Below the pieces are notes generated by a model. The model saw only the letters and a program-made list of their open reading frames with translations, was not told where the DNA came from and ran no database searches. A stretch of 63,032 nucleotides of DNA, filler included, from Hausera hauseri (lineage: Eukaryota), in NCBI GenBank assembly GCA_046269625.1. It is 10 parts of 10 records of this genome, joined end to end, with 100 filler letters (N's around TTAATTAATTAA, not from the genome) between each part and the next. Parts side by side here need not be neighbours in the genome. Positions count along the whole stretch, not along the records: positions 21,900 to 26,137 come from JBJURY010682883.1; positions 26,238 to 33,193 come from JBJURY010048886.1; positions 33,294 to 37,452 come from JBJURY010729323.1; 7 more parts are not named here. One strand, written 5' to 3'. Shown here piece by piece: positions 22,986 through 36,157 of the stretch. Position 1 is the stretch's first letter; every line of letters starts with the position of its first letter. Made by a program: the position numbers and the translations under genes.

Positions 22986-24006
22986 TGTGTTAATTTTTAT
23001 AACAATTTACCGGACCGGGCTTCCTGGCTACAGCCCGTAAACCATTACCGTAATCCTCAACTGACTTCATCAATAACCTTGTGAGTAACACAATACTTAA
23101 ATTTAAATGTGTTTGTAGTTCACAAATTTTTATTCATTGAAAAATCAAGTCTGATAAATCTGCCTTTATTTCAAACGTGACAATAATTTTACAATCAAAT
23201 CAATGTGTATTCAATTGGATATGTTTAGTCGATTCTCCACACAAGAAAAAAGTTAAATCATAATAAATCTACTCACTGTTAAAAGTAGACTATTTAGAAT
23301 TTCGGTGAACTTTCAAAACTTACTCTTTCTGGAATAGCCATGGGAACGACGATGGGATTTGCTCGGCAAATCGACCGATTTCCTAAATTTGTCATTTCTA
23401 TAAAAATATTATTTTCAACGTTCGCCGATTCAACTTCAAATGTTTCAAATGAACTCGACGTGACTTCTTTCGAATGTTCTGCGATCGGTGGCCTAGGTGC
23501 AGTTCTGTTTGGAGATTGTTTGGGGAGACTGATTGGACGAAAATTCTGGAGGAGTAAGAGTAAATTGGTGTAGTTTGACGATGGGTTCGATTTATTAATG
23601 AGACTCGGAATACTGGCACAAAATATTCACAGAGACTTTTTCATTTCATAGTTGGAGCATTCGTGAATAACTTTGTGACCTTCACAGGTCTGAAGTTTTC
23701 TGTAAAATTTTATGTAAGCAAAGGCATTCGGAGTTTGACCAATGAGGCAAGGAAATATAATGATGGTCGAGAGAGTCGAGAGTTTTGTTTGAGCCGCTTG
23801 ATTTCATTCTTGGATATTCGACTCTTGGGCTTGACCTGACATTGGAGAATCCGTGGCTACTTCTAAATACATACGAATGTCGGATACAAAGAGTCGGAAG
23901 ATCGGGCCCGATTATGGACCCAACGCGGCGGCGACGAAAGCCCGGCTGTACCCAACCAAATGGGCCAGAAGGCGCCGGCCACTCGGCACCACATCACCCC
24001 CCTCCC
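22986..24006 (-). repeat. Probable 3' LTR (starts at 23993 on the minus strand) and PPT of a Ty3/Gypsy element
   Basis: Minus strand reads GGGAGGGGGTGA-TGTGGTG downstream of the integrase. The distal LTR end (about 22986) is a guess. Confidence 0.55.
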
Positions 24007-24899
24007 ATGGCAAAGTAAAAACTATAAAGGGGAAATAAGGGAGAGAAAAAAACGCAAAACTGGAAAGTGTGTGTGTGTCAGTCGGTATTAATGTGGACAA
24101 GACGTTGGGTGCCTTCTATTGATTTTTCCCTGCTATACTTGCTAAATGTGATTCTGCGTGTTTTGTTTTTATTCTGTGTGTTTGTTTGCAAAGGTTGAAG
24201 TTGGGGAAAAAATTGTCGGATTTTGTTGTGAGAGTTGTGTCGTGCGAAGACAAATCAGAATGAAAAGAAGACGAAAGTGAAGGAGGAAGAGAGATTGTTG
24301 AAGATGAAGGAATGATTAAAGGTGTAGTGGCGGATAAAGGAAGAGAGAAAGAAGTTGGAGTAAAAACCGGAATGAAATTGTGTGAAAGAGTGGAAATGGA
24401 AGATGAAGCAGGGGTAGTGGTAGAGAGTGGAAGAGAGATAGGAATAAAAGCAAAGAGAGGAGGAAGTTGTGAAACGGAAGTGAAAGGAGTAAAAGTTGAT
24501 GTGTGAGGAGAAAGGGGGGAAGAAAGTGCCGAAGATGAGAAAGGCGTGGAAAGAGAGAGACAGAGAAAAATTGGAAGACTGCGAAGAGGTACAAAGCGAA
24601 AGAGAGCGACAAGATGGAGAAGGCAAAGAAAAGTAGTTGGATAGTAGTGTGCAAGAGGTTGGAATGATGAAAGGTGTAGATAGAGGGATTGGTGGAATGG
24701 AAATGGTGTTTGATGCAGGGACTGCTGTAAAAGGAGAAAGCAGGTTGTTGTGAGAAGATGAGGAAGGTGTTGGAAGGCTTGAAGGTGCAAAATCGGAGAG
24801 GGAGAAAGAGGCTGGATTGTGAGAAGAAATTGAAGTGGAAATTTTAGGAGAAAACGTAGGCAAAAGTGAATTAAGAAATTGAGCAAAGATGGAAGGTAG

Positions 24900-26137
24900 A
24901 TTGTTAGATTGCTGCGCGTCGTGTAAAGATGTTGGTGGAAAAGTGGTTTCGATAGGAGACGTGTCGGCTGGTAAGGTGTCGTTAACGAAGAAATAGGACT
25001 TTAAGTTGGTAATATGTACTGTAAGTTCTTTGCCATCTTTAGAGATAATGGCGTTGTGTGAGTGTAGCTGTATCAGTTTATAGGGCCCCAGGTACAGTGG
25101 TTAGAAACCCGAAGGCGCTTGATTCTTTAGCCATACGAATTTTGCCGAATAGAAATCTTCGTCTAACTATGTTTTGTCTTTGTGAAGTAGTTTGCAGAAC
25201 GAATCTTTGCTAACCTCGACGAAGTGATTTTGCGCCGCCCTTATCGTCTCGTCCGTGGGAGTGTCGTCTAGGGCAGTTAGTTCAAACAATGATCGTACAG
25301 GAGCTCCGAATAAGGCTTCAGTAGGTGAGCATCCCGTAGAAGTGGACGGAGTATTCCGCCAGCCGAGCAGAACAAACGGAAGAATATTCGTCCAACTAGT
25401 GTTGGACTCTGCCAAAATTCTTAGTGACGTTTTCAATGTTCGGTGGAAACGTTTTAGAATGTCATTCTATTGGGGGTAATAAGGCGTAGTATGTATATTA
25501 TGAATCCCCAATCAGTTAATATGGGATTTGAACAGGTTGGATTCAAACTGTGGACCGTGGTCCTTGATGATGAAGCGAGGTGGTCCAAACTTGTTAATCT
25601 ATGTGCGAATGAAAACATCAGCTATAGTGTCGGTATTTGTGTCCCGCAGAGGGATGGCTTCTGACCATCACGAGGAACGGTCTATCATGGTGAGAATGAA
25701 TTTATGGCTGTTGTCTGGGGGGAAGAAAGCCGGTGATTTCAATATGCACGGATTTGAAACGCGATGTGCAGGGAAAGTGGAACAGTGGTGGCTTTAAATG
25801 CTTAGTTGTTTTGTATTTTTGGCAAACCACACACTCCTTAACCAATGCCTGCACATCAGAAAGCATTGACGGCTAAATTACTTGTCGATGGAGTAAACGA
25901 AAAGTGGCTTTAGCACCAGGATGGTGTAGTGAATGCACGCTGTGAAATGCATGCCTTTGTAATGATGGTGCTAGAATTATTACGGAATGGCCTGGTTTGG
26001 AAGTGTCTAAAGCCACGCCGTCAACGATTGTGCAAGATTTGAAAGACTTAAGCATGTCTTGAGGTGGCTGGTTCTGTTGGAGTTGTTCTTGCGTAAAAAT
26101 CGGAGAAAAATTAATAGAACTAACCGACCTAGATAAA
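24900..26137 (-). mobile_element. Ty3/Gypsy integrase pseudogene
   Basis: HSLHHPGAKAT..CVVCQ (HHCC), FILTMIDRSSWWSEAIPL, FGPPRFIIKDHGPQF, RFHRTLKTSL, LPFVLLGWRNTP..SPTEALFG, YLGPY. Stops and frameshifts present. Confidence 0.88.
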
Positions 26138-27677
26138 NNNNNNNNNNNNNNNNNNNNNNNNNNNNNNNNNNNNNNNNNNNNTTAATTAATTAANNNNNNN
26201 NNNNNNNNNNNNNNNNNNNNNNNNNNNNNNNNNNNNNTTAACAAATCTGTCAATCTTATCGATTATTGTATTATCAATGTTTGTTCTCGTTGTATAAATT
26301 GCGATTTTTCGATTAGTTACCAAAAATTGCTATTATAAGCACCATAAAACCAAAGTGAGAGAATTAAGGATAATGGAGACCCAAGACAAAACCTATGATG
26401 AAATAACCTGACAACTACAGGTCGGGTTATTTCATCATCTAACAAAGAATTGGTTTTATTTTAAAACAATATTTTGTTATAGGATTAATCCTTATTATTT
26501 ATTTTTCACAGCGGTAAGTATTACAATGGCAATCAGAACCGACGACGAGCGACGTAGTATAGACGAATTCTTCCAGAAATGCATCACCGTACTTATTCCT
26601 CAATCAAAATCTATTTACCGGCAAATCAATAACAAGTTGTACAAAAAATCCCACGTGGTATATAATCAAACAAGTGAAATCCCCAATAATATAAAAAGGA
26701 CGACAGAAAAGACCGAATCATCTATCTCTATGCCATGAGAGACAATAAAGAGGCAAGTTCATATTCTCTGAACCAACTGGCTAAAATTGAACCGGTATAT
26801 TATCAGAATATATGCATTCACCTCGCGGACGGCAAACTCTATTACCGATTAAAGAATCAGCCATGGGACGCAAGTAAAGGAAGGCAGTACAGATTTAGTA
26901 CCTTCCAAATGTGTAGTGGGGATATCCGCCACTACAACTGAAAATTGGAGTTCCGAGTCGCGGCACTGCCGATAAAGTTAATGATAGAAGTCACATATGA
27001 AGACGCGCCCTTTAGCTAATTGCCCTTGTTGCAGTTCAAATGCCAACCAACAGAAAGAGTACAAGATGATCATTTAGGCTCCTACCGACTCTTTTAAGAT
27101 AGAAGAAACATACGGATCATTGAAGTAAATTACTGAGAAAGGGACGATGGTGAATATATTCCCATCAAGGTCTCCATTCTGGAAATAAATGGCGTAGAAG
27201 TATACTGTAATGTAATTAGTCCCCGGAAACGAGTCAGAGAAATCTATGCAGAGGTTACCGGAATCAAAAAGGAACAACTAGTTCGAGGCAAAGACATTAA
27301 CTTGCTCAGAATGGAAGTCATGAATGGCCTATATGGATGGGTTCTCGCCGGATACAAGGTTGAAGAAATTGTGGAAAAATTAGAAATACCACATACCTAC
27401 ATAGCAGGAGTCCGAGAAATGGAAATCCGTTCTATAATTACGCAACAATTGGAAAGACTTCTCGAAGAGAAAAATAGCTGCTTGCTCATGACCATAAAAG
27501 GTCGATTTAAGTTTATGTTGGAAGCTATGAACAGCAAGCATATTAAGATAAGCCGTCGTCTGACCGCTGGTCAAAGAACACAGTGCTTACGGGATATATA
27601 TCACACTGAAGTGGGATCATGAGAAGACCCCAAAAAACCCAAAACAGAATCTACTCAGTCCCACCGACCCGAATAAA

Positions 27678-28361
27678 TTGAGTGAACGTCACAGAAAGCA
27701 CTTCGGGCCATATTCGCCCCGCAGGATGGTCGAACCGTCGAACCAAGGAAACTATCGGATAACCATTCAGGGACCTTGTGCAATACAGACTGCTACAAAT
27801 TCCCCGATAAAATTTAAAATACCAGAAACCCCAAAGAAGTATCAGAAAGAAGTCGAAGAAGAAGACAACCTCAAGAAACCGAAAATCGAGACATCGTCCT
27901 CTACAAGGAAGCAAACCTCGTTGTATGAGTACATATTCAAGAAAAAGGATACAAGAGCGAAAGCCATGGAAATAGTAAAAAGTCCCAGTGGAAAAAAGCC
28001 TATATCTTCAAACCAAATTCAAAGTTCGGAACCAAGACAACCACAGAAAAACAAAACTAGGACTTCCTTCGAAATTGCGGAAAACCAAATAAAACCCAGT
28101 ACCTCCAGAAAACAGGAACCTGTAAGACGTTCGAAAATTAAGACGCCAGAAAAGGGAAAACCCCAACCAAAACCACATATCACCGAGGTGAATTTATTAC
28201 GCAAAAGAAGATCCAATGAAGATGTTCATTATGCCATGACTGATGACCATGCAAAATTATTAATCATGGCAGAATATTGCAATCATCACAGAATTAAGGA
28301 GGCCGTATTCTATGTGAAGGCCGTAGAAGCCGGCGCCACATTGGAAGACGTTTACATATGA
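27678..28361 (+). CDS. Hypothetical Lys/Ser/Pro-rich protein, function unknown
   Basis: 227-codon ORF in a run of co-oriented, partly broken ORFs (26526-28361). No motif recognised. Confidence 0.3.
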   Translation: MSERHRKHFGPYSPRRMVEPSNQGNYRITIQGPCAIQTATNSPIKFKIPETPKKYQKEVEEEDNLKKPKIETSSSTRKQTSLYEYIFKKKDTRAKAMEIVKSPSGKKPISSNQIQSSEPRQPQKNKTRTSFEIAENQIKPSTSRKQEPVRRSKIKTPEKGKPQPKPHITEVNLLRKRRSNEDVHYAMTDDHAKLLIMAEYCNHHRIKEAVFYVKAVEAGATLEDVYI

Positions 28362-29115
28362 GAAAATCCGAAAGTCAGACGTTATTTAGTCTTCATATCC
28401 AAATCGAAAAGAACCGGAAAAGTGTTCCTGCCGGTCGACGCCCAAGTCAATCTAATGTTTGTAAGTAGATCGCGTCTCTACCATCCCGACCTCAACAACA
28501 CTTGATGATTGCAAAATTGATTTATCCATAAGATATTTATTATAAAAGTTTATATAACATTTATATCCTTCATTCGGGAAATGAGCCTTATTTTCCTTCT
28601 TTTTTGAATTTCCTGACTTTCTGTCGGCTGTTTACTGAATTACCTTTGAATTAAGTTTAAACCTTAATATCCGTTTCAATTTCTCCTTACACCGTGTATT
28701 TCGTATCACGCTTACACGTAGATTCGGAGCAGTGACACCAGCAGATGGCGAAGTAGTACATTATTGGGATTGACACATATCTACGTCCCACGTGCAATAC
28801 TTCAACGCAGTGCCAATACCCCGACTTTTATGAGATGCACAAGCATCATCTCCGGCCGCTTACGCGGTCCCAAAAGATGATGCTTGCGCATTGCCCCACA
28901 TACCCACGTTACTGTACTAGTAGAGTGCATAACGTTGCTGGTTGTCATACTGCAATGGAGCAATACTATGGCACAACCACAATGCTTCACGGTAAACGGG
29001 CCTAAGTTTGTCCCGGTTGTTCTATAGTTGATGACGATCAAATCAACTATGAACAATTTTATAATCAACACAAGGGCCACTTGAACCAGTTTAAGCGGTC
29101 GAAAAAACAGATACT

Positions 29116-32079
29116 CATGGACGCAACAAAAAGCAACAACAACAACAACAACATCCTCTCAGCAACAACAACAACAAGAACAAGAAAACGTCAAGCATCC
29201 ACAAGCCTGAACGAATACGCGCAAAGCGGCAGCAGCAACAGCAGTAACAACAGAAGGAGGAGGAGGAACCACTCATTACCGTCAAATACGACCTAAACAG
29301 ATCGTATGTGGACATGAATGTGGACATGTCCGCGAACACAAAAACACAATAGAGCCATGTCCCGTCGGGTGTGCGAAACCGACTGGAAGCTGAAGTGCGG
29401 AAATTCAAACACTGCAGAATGCAGTATTACGCACTTGAAAAATTTGAAAACGTGCAAGGTGCTAGGAAACAATGGTACCTGTCACATCGAGCTGTGCCCT
29501 ATTCAGAGGATTCTATTGGCGACTTAGGCGAAAAGCTTGACGAAAAAATCGTCATTTGTACGGAAAAAGGCATGTATATCATCCTCGGCTTTATTATAAC
29601 AAAGTCGGTTGACATAATTTACCTGTCCGAACGTACATTCTTACCGACACCTGAGGCTCTGAAACACTTACATGCGATAGTGAATGTGAAAAATACTGAT
29701 GATGAATACTGTTTTCTATACAATATTCTAGAAGTATTAAAATATAACAAAGTGTCCAGGCAACATGCAAATTGTCCAAGTAAGTATCGGCAGCATTTTT
29801 CGGAACTGAATTTCGATGAAAGCTGGATGCCAATGAAACTAAAAACAGTTGTAAGATTTGAAGGGCGCAATCCGACACTGGCAAACAACGTGTTCCGGTA
29901 CAACACAATAGCTGAAATACCGGCAGATGACGAGATATACAAAAATCCATATGTGAATATAATCTACCGCAGTCGAAACCTGAATGGACAACCAATATAT
30001 TTGTTGTTGTTGGAGCAGAAAGAAAAGTTTCATTACGCTGCAGTGACAAATCTAGGCAGACTGCTGAACATGGCACATGACCAGTTCATCAAAAAACGAA
30101 TAGAATATAAATGGTGTCCTGTATGCTTACACGGATTTAGGTCACAAACTACATGGGAAAAGCATGTGACACTGTGTAGACAACATTGCTTAGAAACAAC
30201 AATGTACGTCATGCCCGTCAAAAAAGCTTTAAAATTCAGTCACTGGTCAAAAACAGACAGTCCGGCATACGTCGTATAGGCCGATATCGAAGAAGTTCTA
30301 CCACAGCATAACGTGTGTGACCAGATGCATGTTTCAATCGCGTCAGAATGCTGGTTGTGCCTACTAAAGCCGAAGGACAACCACAATACTATGTTTTCCA
30401 CGAAGGGAATTGTGTACATGATTTCCTATATCAATTCAAAACTACAGTGGAAACGGAAATCGCGCCGTGGTATCGAAATAATAGCACTAAACCCTTGGTC
30501 TGGGCAGGCGAATATGAACCGCTGCTTTTTGCTACCACTGACAAATGTTACCTCTGACACCACAAAATATTGCCGTTCGATGCAGAGGAACGGCTCGTAC
30601 TGGACCATGATCATTTCACCGGTCGATACTTAAGAGCTGCGTGAAACGCATGCAATTTGGCAAGAAGGGTTCGGCCATTCCTGCCGATGATATTTTATAA
30701 TTTTCGAGGTTATGACTGTCACCATATTCTGAAATAAGCCGTCACCGAATTTCCACACTGGGAGCTATCCATAATCCCAACAACAATGGAGAAGGACCTG
30801 TCCCTATCGGTACACATAAACCGGTTTATGGTACGGTTTCTTGACTTATTGTAGTTCCTCAAAGAGTCTCTAGGAAAGCTCGTAAGTGCCTTGCTAGATG
30901 TGCCGATAACGCCGAAGCAGTTTCCTGCGCATATTGCACATAACAAAGGTATATTCCCATATGACTTTGCTGTGTCATACGAGCGGCTTCAAACAACAGA
31001 GGAATTGTCGCCACGATGGGCCGGAATTACAGAGGACAAGTACCACAGAGCACAGGAAGCGTGGACAGAGCTCTGCTGCAGAAACATGTTGGAGTACATG
31101 CTCCAGTACCTGAAACAGGACGTGTACTTGTTAGCCGATGTGTTTCAGACATTTCGTGCTAAGGCGTTGGTGGAAGATAGGCTGGAGCCGCTAAACTTTT
31201 ACTCCATACCGGGGACGAGTTGGGTATCGGCACTAATATCGCTGGACAAGAAAATTGGACTGTTGCAAGACCCGGAAATATACCGACTATTTGATGTTGG
31301 TATTTGTGGAGGCATGTCATTTGTCAACAAGCATCAGGTCCGTGCTACTGATACCCCATCACTGCTGTATATTGATATTAATAACATATATGGCTGGGCG
31401 CTTTTGCAACCCTTGCCGTACCGTTCATTCGAATGGATAATGGATAAACAAGAACTGGATACATTGCCGGACAGTCTGCCAACAGCAGGAAACACGACAG
31501 AAAGCAGCTTAGTCGGCTACCTAATGGAAATCGATCTTTTGGTACCAGATGAGCATGTTACCGGCAAATGTTCGACGGCTGTTAGATCAGTATCGTTGCC
31601 GGTGACACAGCCAGCTTTTTCCTTGAGCCGAAAAACGTCAATCGCGACCAACGGCTCCGGAAAATGATGACAGATGGACTACTGGACACGTCCAATTACA
31701 CACAGAATCATCCGCTGTATAGTAACGCCATCGTGAACAAAATCGGCTGCTTCAAGGATGAAAGCGAAGGCCGTGTTCAGTACCGAGAATGGATATTCCT
31801 GCGCCCAAAGTGCTACAGTCTTTTACGGACTGTGGACCAAAAATGCGAGCAAAAGGAGTCCAGCTGAGACAGCCGGAAATCGACCACGTTGATTATCGCC
31901 GTATCTATGAAGAAGGAGGACAATCAAAGGTTTTTGTATCTCAAACGATCATCCGATCGATTAAGCACCAGCTGTATACGGTAACGAATAAAAAAGTCGC
32001 TTTATCATGCAATGATGATAAGCGTAAGTGGATGAGGCGAAATAAGAGTTGGGCGTACGGTCATTGGCGTTTGGAATAA
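29116..32079 (+). pseudogene. polB: Polinton-type pPolB, disrupted, with an internal deletion removing motif B
   Basis: IVNVKNTDDEYCFLY, CPVCLHGF..HVTLC, DHDHFTGRYLRAA (EndoVII-like), FYNFRGYD, KGIFPYD, YIDINNIYGW, AGDTASFF, IGCFKDE, FLRPKCYS, KKVALSCNDDKR..AYGHW. Confidence 0.9.
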
Positions 32080-32369
32080 AATAACACGTTTAGTGATCAC
32101 AAATAGTTCAGTGCAAACATGCAGTTCAGTCCAGTTAGATCATTGACATTTGTGATCTTTATTTTACATTCATCTGCTGTACATGTTTTTTATATATGAT
32201 CAATAACGTATTTGTACACTAGTTTTTGTCTTCTGTTTTATAACAAGGAAATGGGGCTTAGTTGGGTTATCGAAAATAAATTAAAAATGTGATTTTAATC
32301 AAAAACTCACATACTTTCCATTATTAANNNNNNNNNNCTAACAACACCAAAAACCAAAAAGAATATGTG

Positions 32370-32800
32370 AAGTCAATCCATTAGGGTAAACTTCCCTAAC
32401 TTCCACATTGGCGATTTAATACCGCGTAGTTCTTATATCCTTTCAAGTTCATTGTCAAGTATCCTTTTACCCCTTCCGTTGGCAAAACTGTTTTTTGTCC
32501 ACTCGCATTAACAATTTTCGCCACGTTGCCTTTAAGGAAAAGCGAGGATGTGTCCCGAATACCATTGGACAACATCAAATCATTATCCACTTTCTTCATC
32601 GTTTCCTCCAATGCATCTAAGTTACTGTCACCGATTTTCTTTGCCAATAGGCCATATTTTACCTGCTTCATTTTTATCGGTGTTGATAATTGCACTAGAA
32701 TGGGGGTTCACAGGAAGTGTAGATTGTACCCGTTGTACATTCTAGACTGTCTGAGGGAATGCGGGCCGTACGTGGACTCACTGTTGCTTTCTAAATGCAT
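32370..32800 (-). pseudogene. Frameshifted paralog of the conserved ORF at 40861-41298
   Basis: MHLESNSESTYGPHSLRQSR / LSTPIKMKQVKY..KGYLTMNLKGYK aligns with the intact copy. Same convergent position after polB. Confidence 0.8.
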
Positions 32801-33293
32801 ATTAAGGACAAAAAGAAAAAATGAAATGGACTTACTGCAACCTTGCACAATTGAACTGTCGGCTGCTGCTGCAGATGCTGATGTTTTGTTGTGCAGACAC
32901 TGTAGAGACAAAGTAAAATGAAAAGATATACATATTTATACCAAATCTGCTCAAATCGGTTTATTTCATTGTAAACAATGGACCAAATATGTACCAACCG
33001 GTTTGCTTTCATTAGACAAACAGTAGACAAACTGTCAATAACACCCGTGACGCCGTCTGTATTAACAGTCATTCATAGTAAATGCACCTACTACTCTCGC
33101 AATCATCTCATTATCAAGTACTTGCCACCATCGTACCAAGTCGGAAATTGATAATCCTTCAAAATTTTGCAACTGCGTCAGTTAATTAACTATNNNNNNN
33201 NNNNNNNNNNNNNNNNNNNNNNNNNNNNNNNNNNNNNTTAATTAATTAANNNNNNNNNNNNNNNNNNNNNNNNNNNNNNNNNNNNNNNNNNNN

Positions 33294-33780
33294 CTGTAAT
33301 ATCGGTGGTTTTCATGGATAAGTTCAATTTTTCGCTAATTAAACTATGTCCACCGAGCTGCAGACCCTTTGAGCGCACACTGACAGATTGAAAACCGCAT
33401 GACTGAGCGTCGGTTAGTGATTTAAATTGCAATTCAATTAAATGTTTGTGTTTTAGCACAAATCAATTGTTTAAATGAAAAATATAAACCGGGAAATATT
33501 GTCACTTGTAATTGTGAACGTGAAATGTTCCATTAGATTCTTGGACTAACTGCAAACGACTAGATGCAGGAGATTGTCTTAGTACAGTATAGTATATTCC
33601 ACTGTTCTCACGTATTGTTGTTGGTGAAAATGTAAATGTGAATTCCGCAAAAGCCACTTCCCAGGCTCCCTGGCGTAAATCGAGCTACTGGTCCAACGCC
33701 ATAGTCAACCGTTCAGCGGTGTTGTTGTTGTTGTTGTTGTTGTCATGTTGTGATAATCTGTTACTATCAAGTACCAAATA
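33294..33780 (-). pseudogene. Polinton penton N-terminal fragment
   Basis: NNTAERLTMALDQ*LDLRQGAWEVAFAEFTF directly downstream of the integrase. Confidence 0.7.
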
Positions 33781-34850
33781 AATGCTCATCAATCAATGTG
33801 CGATGCAAATATCTAACTCGGTGTAGTGTATCCGTGCCACTTGACAAGATATTGTTTATTAGAACCTTTGCTGCGTGAATGTAGAATTTCCTGAATACGA
33901 TACACATACGGTTTTTCCAATAGTATTTGCAGTTCCTGTTTGTAAAATTTGCCACGTATTTCGTCACAATTTTCATCTTCTAAAACGTGCATAACCGGAC
34001 CTTGTTTTGTGTTGATTGCTGAAATTCGGAAAACCTCGTCGTCCCAGTTTTGATTGAAATTCGTAATGCATGATATCGTACTCAGCTTTAAAATACGCAC
34101 ATAATCACCGATTTTATATTTTTGCCGTTTAATTGCCTGTCATTTTTGTTGATTGTTTTGATAAAGCCACATGTGCACATCATCGATTTCATCAACCGGC
34201 CGTAATCCATTGATTCCACGTTGTGTAAGATGATTGTGTGCATGAATAATATCCGGCAGCATTGTTTGCCTTGCTTCGTAAAGAATTTGCTTAGGCGACG
34301 ACGTTATGTCCGATTAAATCGTTCAACGATTGTCACATTGTATTGGGAAAACACCGAGTAGTGGTTTACGCCGAACCGTTTCAAGACCGCTTCAACGTGG
34401 GCGTTGTAGAATTTCTTACCCAAATCCGTTTGTAAATGCTTCGGTAACTGTTGTTGTTGTTGTATCAGTGTCTAAACTGCGTCGGCAATCTCTTTATCTG
34501 ATTTAGATTTCACGGCAATTGCACGTGCCAAACCACTAAACGCATCAACGCATGTCAGCACGTACCGATACTCATTGTTGATGCTGGCGTACGGAATTAT
34601 TTCCATCAGATCCATTTGCCATACATTATTTACACCCGCAGCATAGTATGAACGAGTTAGAAACCGCCTTCTTATCGGTTTGTTTAGGCTGTAAGATAAC
34701 TGTTTCCCGAGGCAACGTTGGGTCTGTTGCCGAGTCTGTTTGACAGTCATTGCTAGTTTGTCGACGCCAGTATACCCGACGGGATGACGCAAGTCGAACC
34801 ACACATCGCCCATCGTTGCCGTCGATGGTGTCGGTTTTGCTTGCATTACA
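33770..34850 (-). pseudogene. Polinton retroviral-like (rve) integrase with C-terminal chromodomain
   Basis: HPVGYTG, WQMDL, YVLTCVDAFS, LQTDLGKKFYN, VERFNRT, NWDDEVFRI, GKFYKQELQ, YRIQEIL..QYLVKWHGY. Confidence 0.92.
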
Positions 34851-34959
34851 ACAATTAGAACGAAACGTGAATGAAAGATTTGATAAACTTGGACAGAAAG
34901 ATGAAAACCATGCACCCATATCGTCGAATCATCATATACTTACCGTCATTGTTTATACT

Positions 34960-35292
34960 AAACTGTTCCACCCATGTGTCCACCCAGTAATGACGTGACA
35001 ACCGGTAGAACTGCACCAAAGAATCCGCCATCTTGCTGGTACATGACCTCTCGTTTCAGTAGTTTACTACGAGCGTTGGCAAGCCTAATGAATTGTTTTC
35101 GATACTTTAGTAAATTCCGCTTCCCACTGTCAATGTCAACGTGTAGAAAATTTCCATCAAATTGTCTACTACGAACTGTTGGAATGATTGTAACAAGTTT
35201 CGCTTATGTCTCGTAGGTACCTTGAGCAAAGCAATAAAGTACGTCTCACTACGTTTGAATCGCATTTTTTGAACGTATTGATGCTGAGACAT
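34960..35292 (-). pseudogene. Small basic Polinton virion protein ending in GG-F plus an amphipathic helix
   Basis: The frameshifted C-terminus reads KREVMYQQDGGFFGAVLPVVTSLLGG. Lies between the ATPase and integrase genes. Confidence 0.6.
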
Positions 35293-35479
35293 AATTGTTT
35301 ATAACCGTTGCAACTTAGACGGTAATTTGCATCTAGTTGCTGCTGCTGTTGTTCGAAGCACAAAATTAATTAATCGCTTGACTGTAGCTGTACGTTTTGA
35401 TACATGTTTCTTGCCGGACATCCGCTTGGTAGGTTTACGTTGAACGATTGTTTTTCGGAAATTCTTCATTTTATCACAA

Positions 35480-36063
35480 TCATGTCGTCGATTTTCGAAT
35501 TTGTTTATAGACACATACATCACTTTTGTGATTGAAAATATCCGTTCGTACACGCATGTCATCGGGACACTGTTGTGTAAAGTCAATGAACAAGTATCCA
35601 TGTGGCTCGGTCGTAGCATCATGATATGCATCTATCAAGTAGGCTCGATTATGAGGAAATGCTTGTCGTGCAACATAGTCAGTGATAGTCTTATCACGGG
35701 GAATTTTGAACAACACCAAATAGTGTACGTTTAGATTTCTTGTTCGATGCTGTCCGCCCTGATGGAACATGTTTTGAGTAAAGAAAATAACCGTCACACC
35801 ACGGTGTCGTGCAATCTTCCTGAACAGGTTGTTGAATTCCGATTGTTTCGTAGCTTCCTGAAATAAATCGTTGATAACAATAACGTCACAGTAGAGTAAT
35901 CTCTTAGACCATCATCACCAGAACCCTGATGCCAGTAAATGTGATTATATCGCGGTGAATAGAACATGTTACGGTAGTTCTGCAACAGTTTGCACAAAAA
36001 ATGTGTTTTGTCACTTCCACTTGAGCCTACAATATGGAAAATTGCATCATTCTGCAGCTTCAT
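35480..36063 (-). pseudogene. A32/FtsK-like DNA packaging ATPase, split and partly deleted
   Basis: IVGSSGSDKT (decayed Walker A), VIFFTQNMF..RTRNLNVHYLVLFKIPRD, DAYHDAT..PHGYLFIDF..MRVRTDIF. Confidence 0.88.
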
Positions 36064-36157
36064 CTAATAATATTAATACAATCTTTCCTCACATGATTTG
36101 ATTATGATCGTGTTACACACATATATAAATAGATATACTATAAACATTCTTTCCATA

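Noticed and set aside
28752-28757. AGTAGT as the Polinton left terminus
   Set aside because: A single hexamer with no matching inverted repeat or TSD visible. Plausible by position but unsupported.
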